Positions 29,619 through 41,949 of a stretch of 64,000 nucleotides of DNA are shown piece after piece. Source of the DNA: Eimeria praecox (lineage: Eukaryota); contig OY986948.1 of assembly GCA_963920595.1 (NCBI GenBank), forward strand, positions 1,426,001 to 1,490,000. The letters are read 5' to 3'. The notes under the pieces were generated by a model, which saw only the letters and a program-made list of their open reading frames with translations, was not told the origin of the DNA and did not search any database. The position numbers and the translations under genes are program-made. The first letter of the stretch is position 1; each line of letters opens with the position of its first letter.

Positions 29619-31068
29619 ATGAAGTGGCAGCATAGGGGTATTTCGTCCTTCAAGCTGTCACTGATGGCTCGTGTCCTCCTCGTTATTGCCGCCTCAGTCC
29701 CTTCCACCTTAATTGCAGATCAAAGGATATTCCGTAGGCCAAACAGGAGTAAGCTGGAACCCGTACTGGCTCCAGACCAATTTACTTCCTTCGCAGGAGA
29801 ATTTGATTTAGGTGTAGAGGCAGCTTCACCTCCTGTTCACACACTTAGCAGTGAGTTCGGTTTCGTGGAAATCTTCAAGAAATTATTTGGGGGCAAAGGC
29901 GAGGAGCAGGAGGAAGCACCCACCACCTCAGAGCAGCGCAGGAGTGCCTGGCAAGAAGAAGAAAGGCATGCTGAATTCGCGTTTTGTACTGATGTGGGAT
30001 TTAGAGGCCTTCATCCCGAGGAAGGTGGCGAAGAAGCGTGAGCCTTTTAACCCTTTTGCCCGCAAAACCAGCGTTCCCTGGGCAGACCTACTGAGCAGCC
30101 AACCACCATTGACAGTAGGCATAAATGGTGAAAAATTTTCACCCTTGTGTGTCAATGCTTCCCTTTTTGCTGTTGTCTACCTTAGCGCGTGCTGGAGTCG
30201 CTGCGGCCGTGTTTGCGAAGGAGCAATGTTTCTTGCTGAGGATTGTAGGTCCTTAAAATCTTTTGGGAGGCCCTAAATGCAGTTTTGTCTCTTCTGTTCG
30301 TTAATGCTCTAGTGTAGTCAGCACCACTTCGAGCAGTACAACACCCAAATTCATTCGTGGCTAGGTTGCGTTTGTTATGTCCTAGATTATAGACGGCTTT
30401 CAACGAAACTGCATGGCTATGAGTGTATATATTTGGGATGTCAATGGATGCAGCACTACCAGAGTGGAGACTTGTTCCCGTCGCGACAAGGACGAAGCCG
30501 TGCAAAACCCCTGCTAAGAAGTCAGCGGTTCAGGTGAGTAATCTACACTTTGAAGGGGCATTTACTCAATTCAGCAACATAGATACTGGATGGCGGGAAG
30601 AATCTTAATTCAACAACCTAGATACTGTTGCGGCGAGCAATATGCTTAGCTAGGTTAAATAGCAAATCGGCTCCCCTTATTGTGTTAGTTAACGCTGATT
30701 ATTTTGGGTGATCTGTGGGACCGTTTCTGCAGATTTTATGCAAAGCTATCAAGAAACCAACACACTACGACATCAGCAGTGCTGTGAAGCAGGAAACAAC
30801 GTTTGACGTTGAGGCGCAGCAGCAAGAACAAATGCAGCAGCTGGCAAGGCAACAAATGCTGCTGCAGCACCAACCACCTTCCTTTGCAGCAACTTTCCCT
30901 GAATACCTTCCGGAAGAGGCACAAGGGGCCCCTCAGACTTTTGCAGCTGCTGCGTATGGGCGGGGACGAAGCGCGTTCCCACAGTGGGCTCTTTACCTCA
31001 TGATTGCTGGGATTGCTTTAACATGCGCCCTTCTTTTTTGTTGCTGCCTGTGCTTCTGCCGGCGCTAA
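29619..31068 (+). CDS. Putative secreted type I membrane protein with a Cys-rich C-terminal tail; multi-exon
   Basis: Signal-like LMARVLLVIAASVPS after the ATG at 29619. CAG|GTGAGT donor at ~30533 and TGCAG acceptor at ~30732. The last exon ends WALYLMIAGIALTCALLFCCCLCFCRR*. Internal exons are uncertain. Confidence 0.6.
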
Positions 31069-32481
31069 TCATTTAAAGTGCAAGTGGGCGAGAAAGCCCA
31101 ACAAAAAAGCAGATGTCTTTCCTCCTAACTCAGACGAAAGACCCATCAACCCGCCTCAGGTTTATCTGCAAGGCTTCATGCCCCTGAGGCTCTGTGAGAG
31201 CAATCAATTGTATTTTTAGCAGCCTACTTTTATGCGGTCACTCTTTGGCCGCATGCTTCTTTTGACTGGGAACTTACATGCCGTCACTTAATTGTTTGTC
31301 GCACTTGGCATGGCTCTATTTTTAGTCTTGGCGAGATGTGCCTGTTTTCGGAGGACTTTGGCCCTGCGCAGAGGTGGGAACTTTGGTTCCGTGCAAGGTT
31401 TGTTTTAGCGCATATCCTCTACAGAGCAGGAGCAGCAACTGCTTGAAACGATGCTCCTACTACAAGTGCTACTCTAACAACACGATTTTTGCAAGTGACC
31501 AGAGGGGTAGCCAGGGCGCTAAACACAAGGACTGCTGTGCTTAGCCCCCTGCTCACTTCGCTGCCTTGCACTGTTGCACATTCTACCCCAATAGCCTGTG
31601 CGTTTGAAGGATTCTTTGTACACAACAATTGTGTACAATTGTTGCTTCGTATGCTGGCTTCGAAATTGGAAGCGCTAGAACCATTTATGGGCTTTCCTGC
31701 TTGGGAAGGCAACTGCCGCATGAATAAAGAAGCTCTGCAGAGACAGTGAGCTCTCATACGTTGACTTTTTCCGGCGTCATTCAGTGTTTACGCTGATGCT
31801 GCCCTGTGGGGCTGACATGGCCATCACCGCTGGCTCCCGAAATTTCGGACGCCTAAGAGGTGGCTTGTGTATGCACTACTCAGGGCCTTTAACATTTGTG
31901 CGCAAAAGTTAGATGGCCTAATTGAAGGTTTTCGGATGCACTGCGGACTCTTAGCGCGGAAACGTCTTACAGTCGTGCACGGTGCAGATGGACCGCTGCT
32001 CGAGGACGCTCGCCCACGCAACCTCTCCAAAATGTGAGATAACTGCTCCAGTGGGAACACATATTCGCACAGAGGAGGGCATATTTGGCAGGAAAACATT
32101 GCATTTTATTGGGTTTCAGTCTAAATAGCAAGCCTTACTGTGTGGCGAGGTGGCATGACGCGCCCACCCAAACTGGCGACGGTCTCATTCGGGGTGTAGC
32201 TAGGTAGCTGTCTTGAGTCCCATGATGCTGTTCCAGGTAACCATCCCCCACTCTCTAAAGTTTAGAGAGAGACTTATTTTTGCAAGTACGACTCTACCAC
32301 GCCACCGGGGAAACCTGGCCGTTTGAGACCCATCAGACCACCAGCGCAGCTCACCGACTCGTTGCCCACGGCAGAAGGGTTGCCTGATACTTCTACAAGA
32401 AGTGAAAGGTGTCCGGGCTTCTGCATAATTAGGCGAATTTGTGCTCCTTCGGAATCATAAGGCCCAGAGACAGCTGGCACG

Positions 32482-33240
32482 ATGGCCAGTCCTGATGGGC
32501 AGTCTCCGAAGTTGAAGGCCAACGAGGCCTCCGGGAAGGAGACTCAGCCTTTGCTACCCAGGAGAGTCAAAACTTCCACTACATATAAGCAATTCTGCTG
32601 TTGCTCTCTTGGGACATCTGTGACCATCTGGGCGGTCTTTCTTCTGGCATTCTCCACCTACGTCCTCTTCGACCCCAATGTCTCTGGTGCAGCATACACA
32701 GCCGGTGCGGTTGTAGGGATCATCACTGCAAGCCTACTACTCTCCGCTATAGGAAAGAGAAACGCTTTCCCCGCTTTCGTTGCAGTGTACACTCAAATTG
32801 CTTTGAACGTCATTTGGGCTCTGCAGCTTGGCCTCACCATTTACCTCTACTGGAGGGTCCAGCAAAACGCTAATGGCAAGTCGACCTACACAATCGTTAC
32901 TGCTGGCTGGCGGCAGCACGGAGGCTTGGGGCGGTTGCCTGAAGCTCGCTTCTTAATCGTGGACCTACCACTCAGCGTCGTTCTATGCGCTCGCATTGCT
33001 TTGCTGGGGACGCTTCTGCTTGTTTCTCATGCCAATCTGCGGGTCCTATGGAGCTTCTATCGTGTTCTTCAAGCTGGAGGCACAACCTTCGAATATAAAA
33101 CCGCGGAGGAAATCGAGGAGCAGGCTCTTCAAGCTCAGCTTCCCGGTCTACCATCCGCCACGCCCACGCCCCGTCCCTGGGGCCCCTCGGTGCAAGGGGC
33201 ATCTCGCTCCAGAGACTTCGCTTCCACCTGGCAAGCGTGA
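32482..33240 (+). CDS. Intronless multi-pass (about 4 TM) membrane protein
   Basis: 252-aa ORF. FCCCSLG precedes TM1, there are four hydrophobic segments, and an N-terminal ETQPLL acidic dileucine-like motif. Confidence 0.8.
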   Translation: MASPDGQSPKLKANEASGKETQPLLPRRVKTSTTYKQFCCCSLGTSVTIWAVFLLAFSTYVLFDPNVSGAAYTAGAVVGIITASLLLSAIGKRNAFPAFVAVYTQIALNVIWALQLGLTIYLYWRVQQNANGKSTYTIVTAGWRQHGGLGRLPEARFLIVDLPLSVVLCARIALLGTLLLVSHANLRVLWSFYRVLQAGGTTFEYKTAEEIEEQALQAQLPGLPSATPTPRPWGPSVQGASRSRDFASTWQA

Positions 33241-33995
33241 ATTGTGCAGAATGCCCCTCCACGATGGGTAAAAGGCAAACTGCCAGAATATACTGTGCCG
33301 AAGCTCAAGGGACAAAAAAGGTGGTTTTGCTAACATTTGGCTGAATATATGAAAGCGCACTCCCATTTGCACAAGGGATATAATTTTTTTTCAAGTTTCA
33401 AACTGTAAGTGGCTACCGCAGTGCCGAAGTGCTGGTAAACCCCCAGCACCTCCCAAAGATGCAGCCCTTCAGCTGAAGGGCCCAAGAGAGCTGCATCGTC
33501 AGAATTGGCTGTGTAGCTATGCCAGGATTTTACTGGACTGGTGACGCCTAATCCAGCATTGCTCGATTCTAGGTGTCTTCTTTTTAAGCGCTAGTCAGCT
33601 GAAAATCGCCTGTACAGTTTGACGGCTGAAGCCTTAGTGGCGCCACTCGTAAACCCTATACCCTATAGAAGTCTAGACATCTTGGCGGCTAGAGCCTCAC
33701 AGGCTTCACTCGTGAGCCTCGAGCATATAACTTGCTAGCTCTCCTTCCAGTCTGTACGCTTGCAAAAAGAAGGTATCTTTTGGTAGCGTCTTTATGTTCC
33801 CCACCGTCGAAGGCGACTCGGTCAGAGGTTGTAGCAAAGCTCTCCACTGCTTTCATGCCAGCATGCTTGCCTCTATTAAAAGGGGATTCCCTGGATTCTC
33901 AGAAGCAGAAACTCCGCCCTAACACGGCCACAGTTATCCACTGCCTACACTTCCTTATCTTCCTGCTTGTCTACTCTTGGGGACCACTAGCTTCG

Positions 33996-36450
33996 CTACT
34001 TTCGAAAGGCTTTGGGGGGCCAAGCTGGCCAATGGAATGCCCCCCGTGCCAATGCGTCTCGCGGCAGCATTAAAGCAAAGCTCCTCTAAAAGCGCATTCA
34101 AGAAAGCATTACAAGCGGCCTGTATATGCATATGACGCCATAGCATCTTCGCTAAATTGGGTGATCCCCCGAAATCAGGCTCTGCTGTAGCGTCTGCCTC
34201 GCCCTATCTGTTGCTGCGCCCTGAGCCATGCTCCTGTGCACCTAGAGTGCCGTAAGGGGAACTTACCGCCCTCAATGAGTAGGTAGTGAGTGCAATGAGC
34301 TCCGGGCAATCACGACTCTTCTCCTTAGCGCCAAAAACCGTCCTGAATAATAAGGCAAATAGATAAACAGCCTGCTTCTCAGATCTAACATCTCAACATT
34401 TCAAAACCGGAAGCAAAATAGGAGGAGACTTCGGGCACCGTAATCGCAAAGCACATACACCCAAAGTCGATGCGCCAACTGCCCCGCGGGAAAAGCGCTC
34501 TCATCTTCAAATGCCTCGTCCAGAGAAACGCAAAATCCCAAAGAGGTGAACTGTTGCTCGCGAAGAACAGCTGGGATTCTGAACTCGCTCACCTGAAGCA
34601 GTCCAGCACATGCATTAAGCGGCCAACCTCAGCAATTAAGGGAAGCAAGCAACTGGCTGATTTAAAAAAGGTGCTCGATGGGCGAGTGCGCCTGCACCAG
34701 CAATATGATGAGAAAATAAAAAGCATGGGCCCCCCCCATCACCAACCCCAGCATATTCTACGACAGAACAAATGCAAATCCCTATGCGAAATACCATCAT
34801 TTGGAGGCGTATCCTGCGTGTTGCGTGTGACTTGCCCCCTCTTCAATTAGGATGTTTGTCAAAAAGTCCCAAAGGGCATCCCACAGCTTAATCTTGAGTG
34901 TTTCCAAACCCTGCAAATGCAAAATCTTCCTCATCACCTGCAGTGTATCAACTGCTACCCCACGCGTCCAGCTCTGCGTCATTGCTTTGCGCGCAATGGT
35001 GATTATATACACAAATAATTGTGCTCTAGGTCTGAGCAAGTGACTGCAACAGGTGTAAAGGGTTCTACTCACAGCTTTCTGGAGAGCGCAGTGGAGAGAC
35101 CAAACGTGCACAAGCAAGAAGTAGATCCGACTATTGAAATCCGACTGCTCTATTCCAAAGTCTGCGACACACAGCGCATCAGCAGTACAGTTTTCGCTGC
35201 TGCCACCTGCAGTGCTGGCAATGCATCCATCAAATCAGGCTGTGAGACAAGAAAGAGGCCTAAAGCGGCTAGGGGGTAACTCACACTTCGCAGTTAGCAT
35301 AGTGTCTTCATAACACGGGATCACTGTGCGGAAAAGCCGTCGGCCATCCTCTTCTAGTCCCCTTGGAGATAAGACGTAACTGCGGAAGCCATTGGCAATA
35401 ACTAACTGCACTTCCTTCGGACGGGATCATCAGCCAGTTACGCCGTAATAGAGCAGCAAATGGTGCACGAGATCGGCAGGGAAACCAAGCAGGAACAGCA
35501 TTTTCTCACCACCAGAAACTACGTAGCTGCTGCAAGAAAGGCCGGCGCAGGGCTTTTTCTCTCTTTTCTTGAGTAAGAAGGCAGTCGTCCACCTCCTCCG
35601 GCGTCACCGAACTCCATGAGGAGGCGGTTATCTGGACGCAAGCAGGCAACAAGCCGCTGGGTGTGGCAGTTGCCCCAGCACGCAGTGCGCATGGAGAACA
35701 GCAATATAAAGTGGCAGGCCTTACTCGATCGTGACACAATTTTAGCCGGGATTCCTCCTCCGGAGTCAAACAGAAGTCGATAAAGCGATCTTTTGTCTGC
35801 AGGAGTACAAGCAACAGAAATCCTGTGCTCTTTCCAAGGGGTCGATTTTCAGAAGCTTTTGCCTGCTTTCAGCATTTGCATGCATCTGCAACTCAGTCAC
35901 TTCCCACGCTGCATAGCCCTCAAACTCCAGTCTGTACAACATGAAAGGCCGCAAGGCTATGCGGGGGCCAAACACACCGTGCGCCAAATGAACTGACGGT
36001 CGCCGCCTTTCGGTTCCGCTAGCCTCCTTGAATGCGTGCCGCAGGATGTCTCCAGCTCTAGTGGAGATGAAGTTCTGCTGCATTCGCTGTGGTAACTTAA
36101 ACTGCGATAGGCATTCCCACTGGGGCCTCCGATGCTGCTCATCGATTTGAGAATGTCACCCACGACTGCTGGGATCATTCCAAGCCAATAAGCGCTGTTG
36201 TTGGTTGTTCCGACGGTGGACAATAATGAACAAAATTTTCTGCTGCAAGCATACGTTGAAGCCCTACAGTGCAAGGTTCTACACCGCCCCACAGCGCCTA
36301 GATATTCAGATGAGGGCAACAGGAATCCACTGGGGCACGTAGAAAAGTTAAGTCCCTTCCACATGGTAATGGGAGACTCTGTATACGAAAGGCATGGCTT
36401 CATACGGTTAAAGCATTTATACATAGCCTTGAGAAAGGGAGCATCCACAA
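33996..36450 (-). CDS. CBP3: Ubiquinol-cytochrome c chaperone (Cbp3/UQCC1 family); multi-exon, 5' end uncertain
   Basis: The spliced reading is YFGIEQSDFNSRIYFLLVHVWSLHCAL / LETLKIKLWDALWDFL...EEG / VSEFRIPAVLREQQFTSLGFCVSLDEAF...LAHRLWVYV / LIALTTYSLR / ...ALARGAFHWPAWPPKAFRK* (TAG at 33996-33998). This matches the Cbp3 pattern FG..D.F......LHVW ... DEA ... LA..LW ... G.F.W. Confidence 0.8.
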
Positions 36451-37149
36451 CTTATGCGGTAGGTGCAAGCGCGAACTAGCTACTATAGATCCGAAGGCCC
36501 CGAAGACGGCTAGTCAAGAAGATGAGCAGTAGAAAGTCGAGGTATCATACAATACATGTTAGAGGAAAGTGTGGGAGTGAGATGACCCTCACACACAGAA
36601 GGCATTTTCAAGGTACTGTGCTTTCATCCGTAGCTAGGCGGCTCGATACGTGGGAGCCGTCCAAAATGTGCGCAGTTTCACAAACCCCCAAAACTGCAAC
36701 AAAATGACTCAGCGATGAACATGAAGAAAATTTAAAGTGGCATCCAGCCGCATTCCTCAATGGTTAAGGCGGACCACCTGGGATCGCATGCCCACCAGCA
36801 GCCCCAGAGCAGACGGGTCGCAGTCAGCATTGCGCAAAGCCCGGAACGTTTTTTGGAACTCAAGTAGTTTCATATTCATGACATTACAAGTGGAATGCTG
36901 GTAGTGGGACATAAGGGGGAGCAGGAGGGCAACCGAAGCCTAATTCCGCTCAACCGACCCCTGGAAGACAGCGCTTTGATAAGCCGCTTTTCCTCAGGGT
37001 AACCGGCTTGTTGAATCGAAAAGCTTCTGTGCGTAACGGTAGATTGAGCAATCCTAAAGAATTCCGTTGCTGGCGTCTCCTGAATCGTGACTATTTTATC
37101 GTCGCCGTGAGCGGTGCACGGAAATTTAGAGCTCCGTCTTTGAAGACAG

Positions 37150-37951
37150 ATGCAGCCACCTCTTGGGGTTCCTCCTCAGCTACAGGCTCCCCCTGCTCGG
37201 GACCCTGTAACCAAGCTGCAGATTCTGCTGGGGAATTTGCTCAAGCACTTCACGGTCAGCTGCCACCCCATCGCCCTTAGCACCTCCCTTCGAAGAAAAC
37301 CCGTTTCATCCCTGTGCATTCTCTCTGTATGCTGTGCTTGACTTAATATCAGGATGTAGTGGTCCATCTGACTGAAGTTGCCCCACCGCGTTCCGTCTCT
37401 GGCGCGGTGGACGTCGACAGACAATCTGAAGCAGGGGAGGCTGTTAGGACTACAATGACCGAGGAACAACTCAATGATTTTATTCTCAACTGTTCTAAGG
37501 GGGTCGGTAATCTTGTGCACGTCATAGAAGAAGAGGCAGAAAAGCTGCCAGACGCCATTCAGCCACAGGTAACGCAAGTCATCCCCCAGTGCCCCGTGCT
37601 GTGTGTATTACGTTCATGCGTGAACCCATGGAACAAAATGATAGTTATGATAGTCAGAGTGAAGCTGCAGTGCTTTCAGAGGAAATTCAACCTATCTTCG
37701 TAATGTGTAAATGCGCTGATGCGACGGAAAAGTGGCCATCAAATGGTAAGCAGGCCATTTGATGCAGAATATTGACCTTCTATTTGACGCAGGAAGAAGT
37801 CGAGAGCGAACTACGCTACTTAGAAAAAGAAAATGAAGAGGCGGCTGCGGAATTGAAGCAACTCGTGGCGGCCGTGCGCCATGTGCGGGAATCAATCAGA
37901 GAAGCATACAGGGATGCGGCTACAGATGGCACGCACATAACGATAGACTAA
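37150..37951 (+). CDS. MED21: Mediator complex subunit 21 (Srb7); exons 37150-37254, 37353-37568, 37793-37951
   Basis: Phase-0 GT-AG splicing gives DPVTKLQILLGNLLKHF...KLPD...EVESELRYLEKENEEAAAELKQLV...IRE. This matches the Med21 pattern D..TQLQ...LP...L..LE.EN.EAA..L. Confidence 0.8.
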
Positions 37952-38327
37952 AACCTAGAGGAATGCTGGACCTGCGGGTGAACTGAATCAACCTGTGGCA
38001 TTTGGCAGGTGCATGTTAAAATGTTTTTTAATGCTGCAATGTACACTGATGTGCAAAATTGTGGACGCACACAAAGAAGGTGTAAATCTCCAATCATATG
38101 CATGTCCCATAGGTTCGTCTCCAAACATTGTTTGTATCTTTCAAATTGAGCTGCATCGGGAAAGCCTCCGCCCACAAATGTATCTTTTTGGCAGTCCGCA
38201 ATCACCTGTAGTTCGGCTCACTTGCGGATGCCGCAGCTGGTTGTTTTGAGCGCAGCGCCCAGATAAGAAGCGCTTCTCTGTGGAATAGGCGGGATAGTAC
38301 TGCTATGAACTGCAAATGAAACTGATC

Positions 38328-41300
38328 CTACCACCCTTCTAGCCACCCTGTAGCCAGTAGTTGCTGCTGCTGCTCTCTTCCTGCTGCTTCGTCCGTGATG
38401 CTGCCTTGGACGGCACCTTGACTGTACTCAGTGCAAGTGTTCTCTGGACAGGGTGTGGTATGTGCTTGCGCTTCTTGGAAAGTACCAGACCCACGTGCAC
38501 ATTCTTCACTCGTGTGCGAGGTGGCTGGACGACCTTGGGTATCCAACACAAACGACAACCTGTCTCCTTGGCGGCGCATCGTCCAGCGCCGCCCAGCTGC
38601 TGTTTCCCTTTCAACTGTTTGCACGCGTACGCTAATTTTTTTCCTGTTATTTACGACATTGCTTGTTGATGAGCCTTGAGGAAATACGCGAGATGGCGCC
38701 TGTACGGAATGCCCACTTAGGCCAGCAGCCTCGTCAGCGGCGTGGGCGTTGCCTTCCGCTGTATCCGGGTTCCGAATAGTCCGAGTTGTTGGCGCCTCCC
38801 CCGGATACCGCATGGGGGGAAGCTCGAATGTGTGCCTTCCTAAATAACCCTGGGTAAAGTCGCTGAGAAGACGCTGGGCGGCGGCTCCCTCGTTGGAGTG
38901 ATGCCTCTTTTCTGCCAGCTGAGGGGATAACAGCAACAGCGGAAAGAACCAAAAAGTGCCCCACCAAACCAAGAAATGCCCCACAGAGCAAGTTTGCATT
39001 CAGCTGCATCATTTTGGATAGCACATCATCATGCCTTATTCCCACTCACCGTCAGTAGCAGTTGTACTCCCATGTCCATGTCCTCTTTAAAGGCCTCCGT
39101 GCTCATTTTGTAGCGGGTCATCACTCTGCCTATGTCACTCGCTGCTGGCAACAACTTTCTGATGCGGAAAAAAGCATTCCCCAGGGCCACTGCTGCTTCT
39201 TCTATCGTGAAAAGGCAGCTATGCGGCAGCATGTGAAATGCCCCGAGTAGAGCCAGCTCGTCAGGAGATGGGCGTGGATGCGTATAATCGAAGAACAGGC
39301 CCAAATCGAGCTGTCCCTGTCGTGCGCCTGTGCCAAGGCGCTGCTGCAGCATTTTGTGCTGTGAAATATTCAGCTTTCTTTTGCCTTTACCTTTGCCGGG
39401 ATGCACGGGAATAAACCCAGGGGTGTCCACCACATCAAAAAGGCGCGACATATCGCCCACTCCAGCCATGGTAACTGGTTGTCTGTGCAGCTGCAAAGCA
39501 CATGGAACTCGCACGCTACTACTACCCACTAAGTACCAGCCTTTTCCCCTAACCATATACTCTTTCCAGTGGGGCAAGTGAAGCCCTGACTTGTTAGATA
39601 AGCAGCATCACTGGCGGAAAGACAAAAATGTGTTTGGGTGTCTCACGTTTACAGACTGCGTGGTGCCTGGCCATCGGTAACTGCGTGCCACTTTCCTCCC
39701 CACAAGAGAATTGGCAATTTTGCTCTTTCCCACGTTGGGGAGCCCAACGATAAGAATCCGTAGGGGCTTCCTCTGCTGGAGCGAAGCTTTTGTAAGTTCT
39801 CCCCCTGCGTCTGCTGCTTCGTTAGTTGCCCCTTTGAGGGAAGCAACGAGTTGCGCAACTTGTTCAGATGCCGTGGATGCGTCCACTCCATCTGCTGCAG
39901 CAGCTGCTGCTGCTTGTTTGCAAACAGAACGAAAGGCATCCAGCTCTCTCCTGTAGCGGCGGTGTCTCTTCACCAAACTACGTAGAAGCCGCTGCACTCG
40001 TACAACTGCTGCTGGCTCCCGCGCGTCAATAAAGAGATGCTGCAGCCGAGGAGCCAACGGACAGGCCTCTGATAATGCACGCAGCAGTCCTGTTTGGTGG
40101 CACAAGACGCAGCAATGTCGACTAGCAAGATGGGCGACCAGCTGACAAGCACCATCCAAAGAAATGCAACGTATGGGGGCGGCAGCTTGATGGAAAGCGT
40201 AGAAGCACGCAGCGCGCATGATGTTGCAATTACCTGAGTTTCGTACTAGTTTACGAGCTCTTGTGAGCTCTGCATGAAGCTCCAATGCCGCTACCTCTCG
40301 ACTTTCTCGCCGGAAGTGCCTTTGCCAATGGCGAGTGGCTATTGGGCTAGCCTGCGCAGGTGGAAATTCAAAACGTGCATATGATGCCCTAAAGCTCTCC
40401 AGGCCAAGGCTTGTGCAAGCAGGTGCTAACAAGAAGTGAGTCTCTCTAGACTAGTTGCCACACTGTGATTGCTTCTATTGAGCAGCGAGCATCCTGCGAA
40501 CGCTGCACACTAGAACGCTGCACACTAGAAGCTTCAACGAACAAGACCGCCAAGCGCGTTAAGCAGACATATTGGAAGGCATCCAAGTAGTAAAACTCCA
40601 ACAGCCAAGCAACTACTGAAGTGAGGGGAAAACTACCAAAAGAAAGCAAGTGCCTACTTGGTCTGCATGAGTTAGGATAACGACCTTGGGCTTTGGAAGT
40701 TGTAAGACGCGCAAGTTGCATCTGGACAGCAGCGGCAATCTAGCATCTCTGACCTCAACAATGGCATGGCATCGTGAAGCTGCTTGAACCAGGGGGACTA
40801 GCGATCGCCTGGCGAAGGAAGGGAACCTGATTTGAAGAGTAGAACAACAACCGAATAAAAAATAGGCCACTCTGGAAACGGGATACGGGTTTAAGCAAGT
40901 GCATACAGACCCCAAGGGTGTCAACGGGAGGGAAATGCATGAGAAACATGTGAGGCCGTACCATTGTGTCCGCCACCGCCTTATGGGTACTTCGTCGACC
41001 AGGGGATCGTTCAACCGCATTCTGCGAAGCAGAAGTGCTTCCTCTGCGGAGTCATGTTCTTCCATCGCAGCTTCTATTGTTTCTTTTGCTGGAGGCAGCA
41101 ACCCGCGCATTCTGTTCTTCCGGCTGTTACAAAGGAAGCGGATGTTTCGCCTGCGGATACGAAGTAGTCGTTGGGTAGACACGCCAGTTCCAGTGGACAC
41201 GCGGGTGAGCGGCGATGGGCCTGGCCCCCGCAGAGTTTCAACGTGGCCGGCCCCTGATGGAAGAGATGCGTGTAGGATTGTCCCCTCAGTAGCCCCTCCA

Positions 41301-41653
41301 TTACAAAGATGGCCCTGCGCTCTTTCTGTGTCTGTCCACTCATGAGGGCCACTTCCGAAACGGCTCAGCTTAAAGTACGATTGTGCAGATGCACGGGGGG
41401 CTTTATCCACCCCTGGACGTCCCGACGGAGACTGCACGCCCTGGAAGAGAAGCGCAAGAAGATAAGGTCTCCCTAGTAGTTGCATGCTATGAATCCATCT
41501 AGCTGCCAGGCTGGATGAGTGAGGCAAGGCTTCGCCACGCGTGAAGCCTATATTGAATCCCCAAAGCCAGAGAGATACCAGCAGACAGAGAAACAGTGGA
41601 AGGGACTGCAGATGAACAGGCTGCAGCAGGCAAGGCAGGACTTGCACGAACAT
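38328..41653 (-). CDS. YlqF/RbgA/MTG1-family circularly permuted ribosome-biogenesis GTPase, probably organelle (apicoplast)-targeted; multi-exon
   Basis: Permuted G-motif order: IVEVRDARLP, VVILTHAD (G4-like), ILIVGLPNVGKS (G1), PGTTQ (G2), VVDTPG (G3), and later FTQGYLG. The N-terminus has a hydrophobic leader followed by a basic Ser/Arg-rich stretch. Confidence 0.88.
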
Positions 41654-41949
41654 TGGAACACGAGAAACTGCAGCAGGGCGTCATCATGGATCTTGCACAG
41701 CTCCCGCAGGCTTACACTAATACAAAGGTATAATTTTTCGTCGGAAAGTAGAGATAATCAAGAAATGATGCGGTAAGGTGGTCCACTGGCGTTGGTACGT
41801 GATGGTCAAAACCCGGGTGTGGGCGAGCGTGGGAATACGCTAGAGTGTACTCAGTAAAGTTAAAGGGCTACTACGGACAACTTGGTTGCTAGTTAATTGC
41901 AGAGTGAACGAATTGCTGCCTAAATTGAAAGACACTCTACAACCTACGT

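Noticed and set aside
37176..37577. Minus ORF with RAP-domain-like LRREVLRAMGWQL
   Set aside because: It lies antisense to the better-supported spliced MED21 gene, and the motif falls in the MED21 intron.
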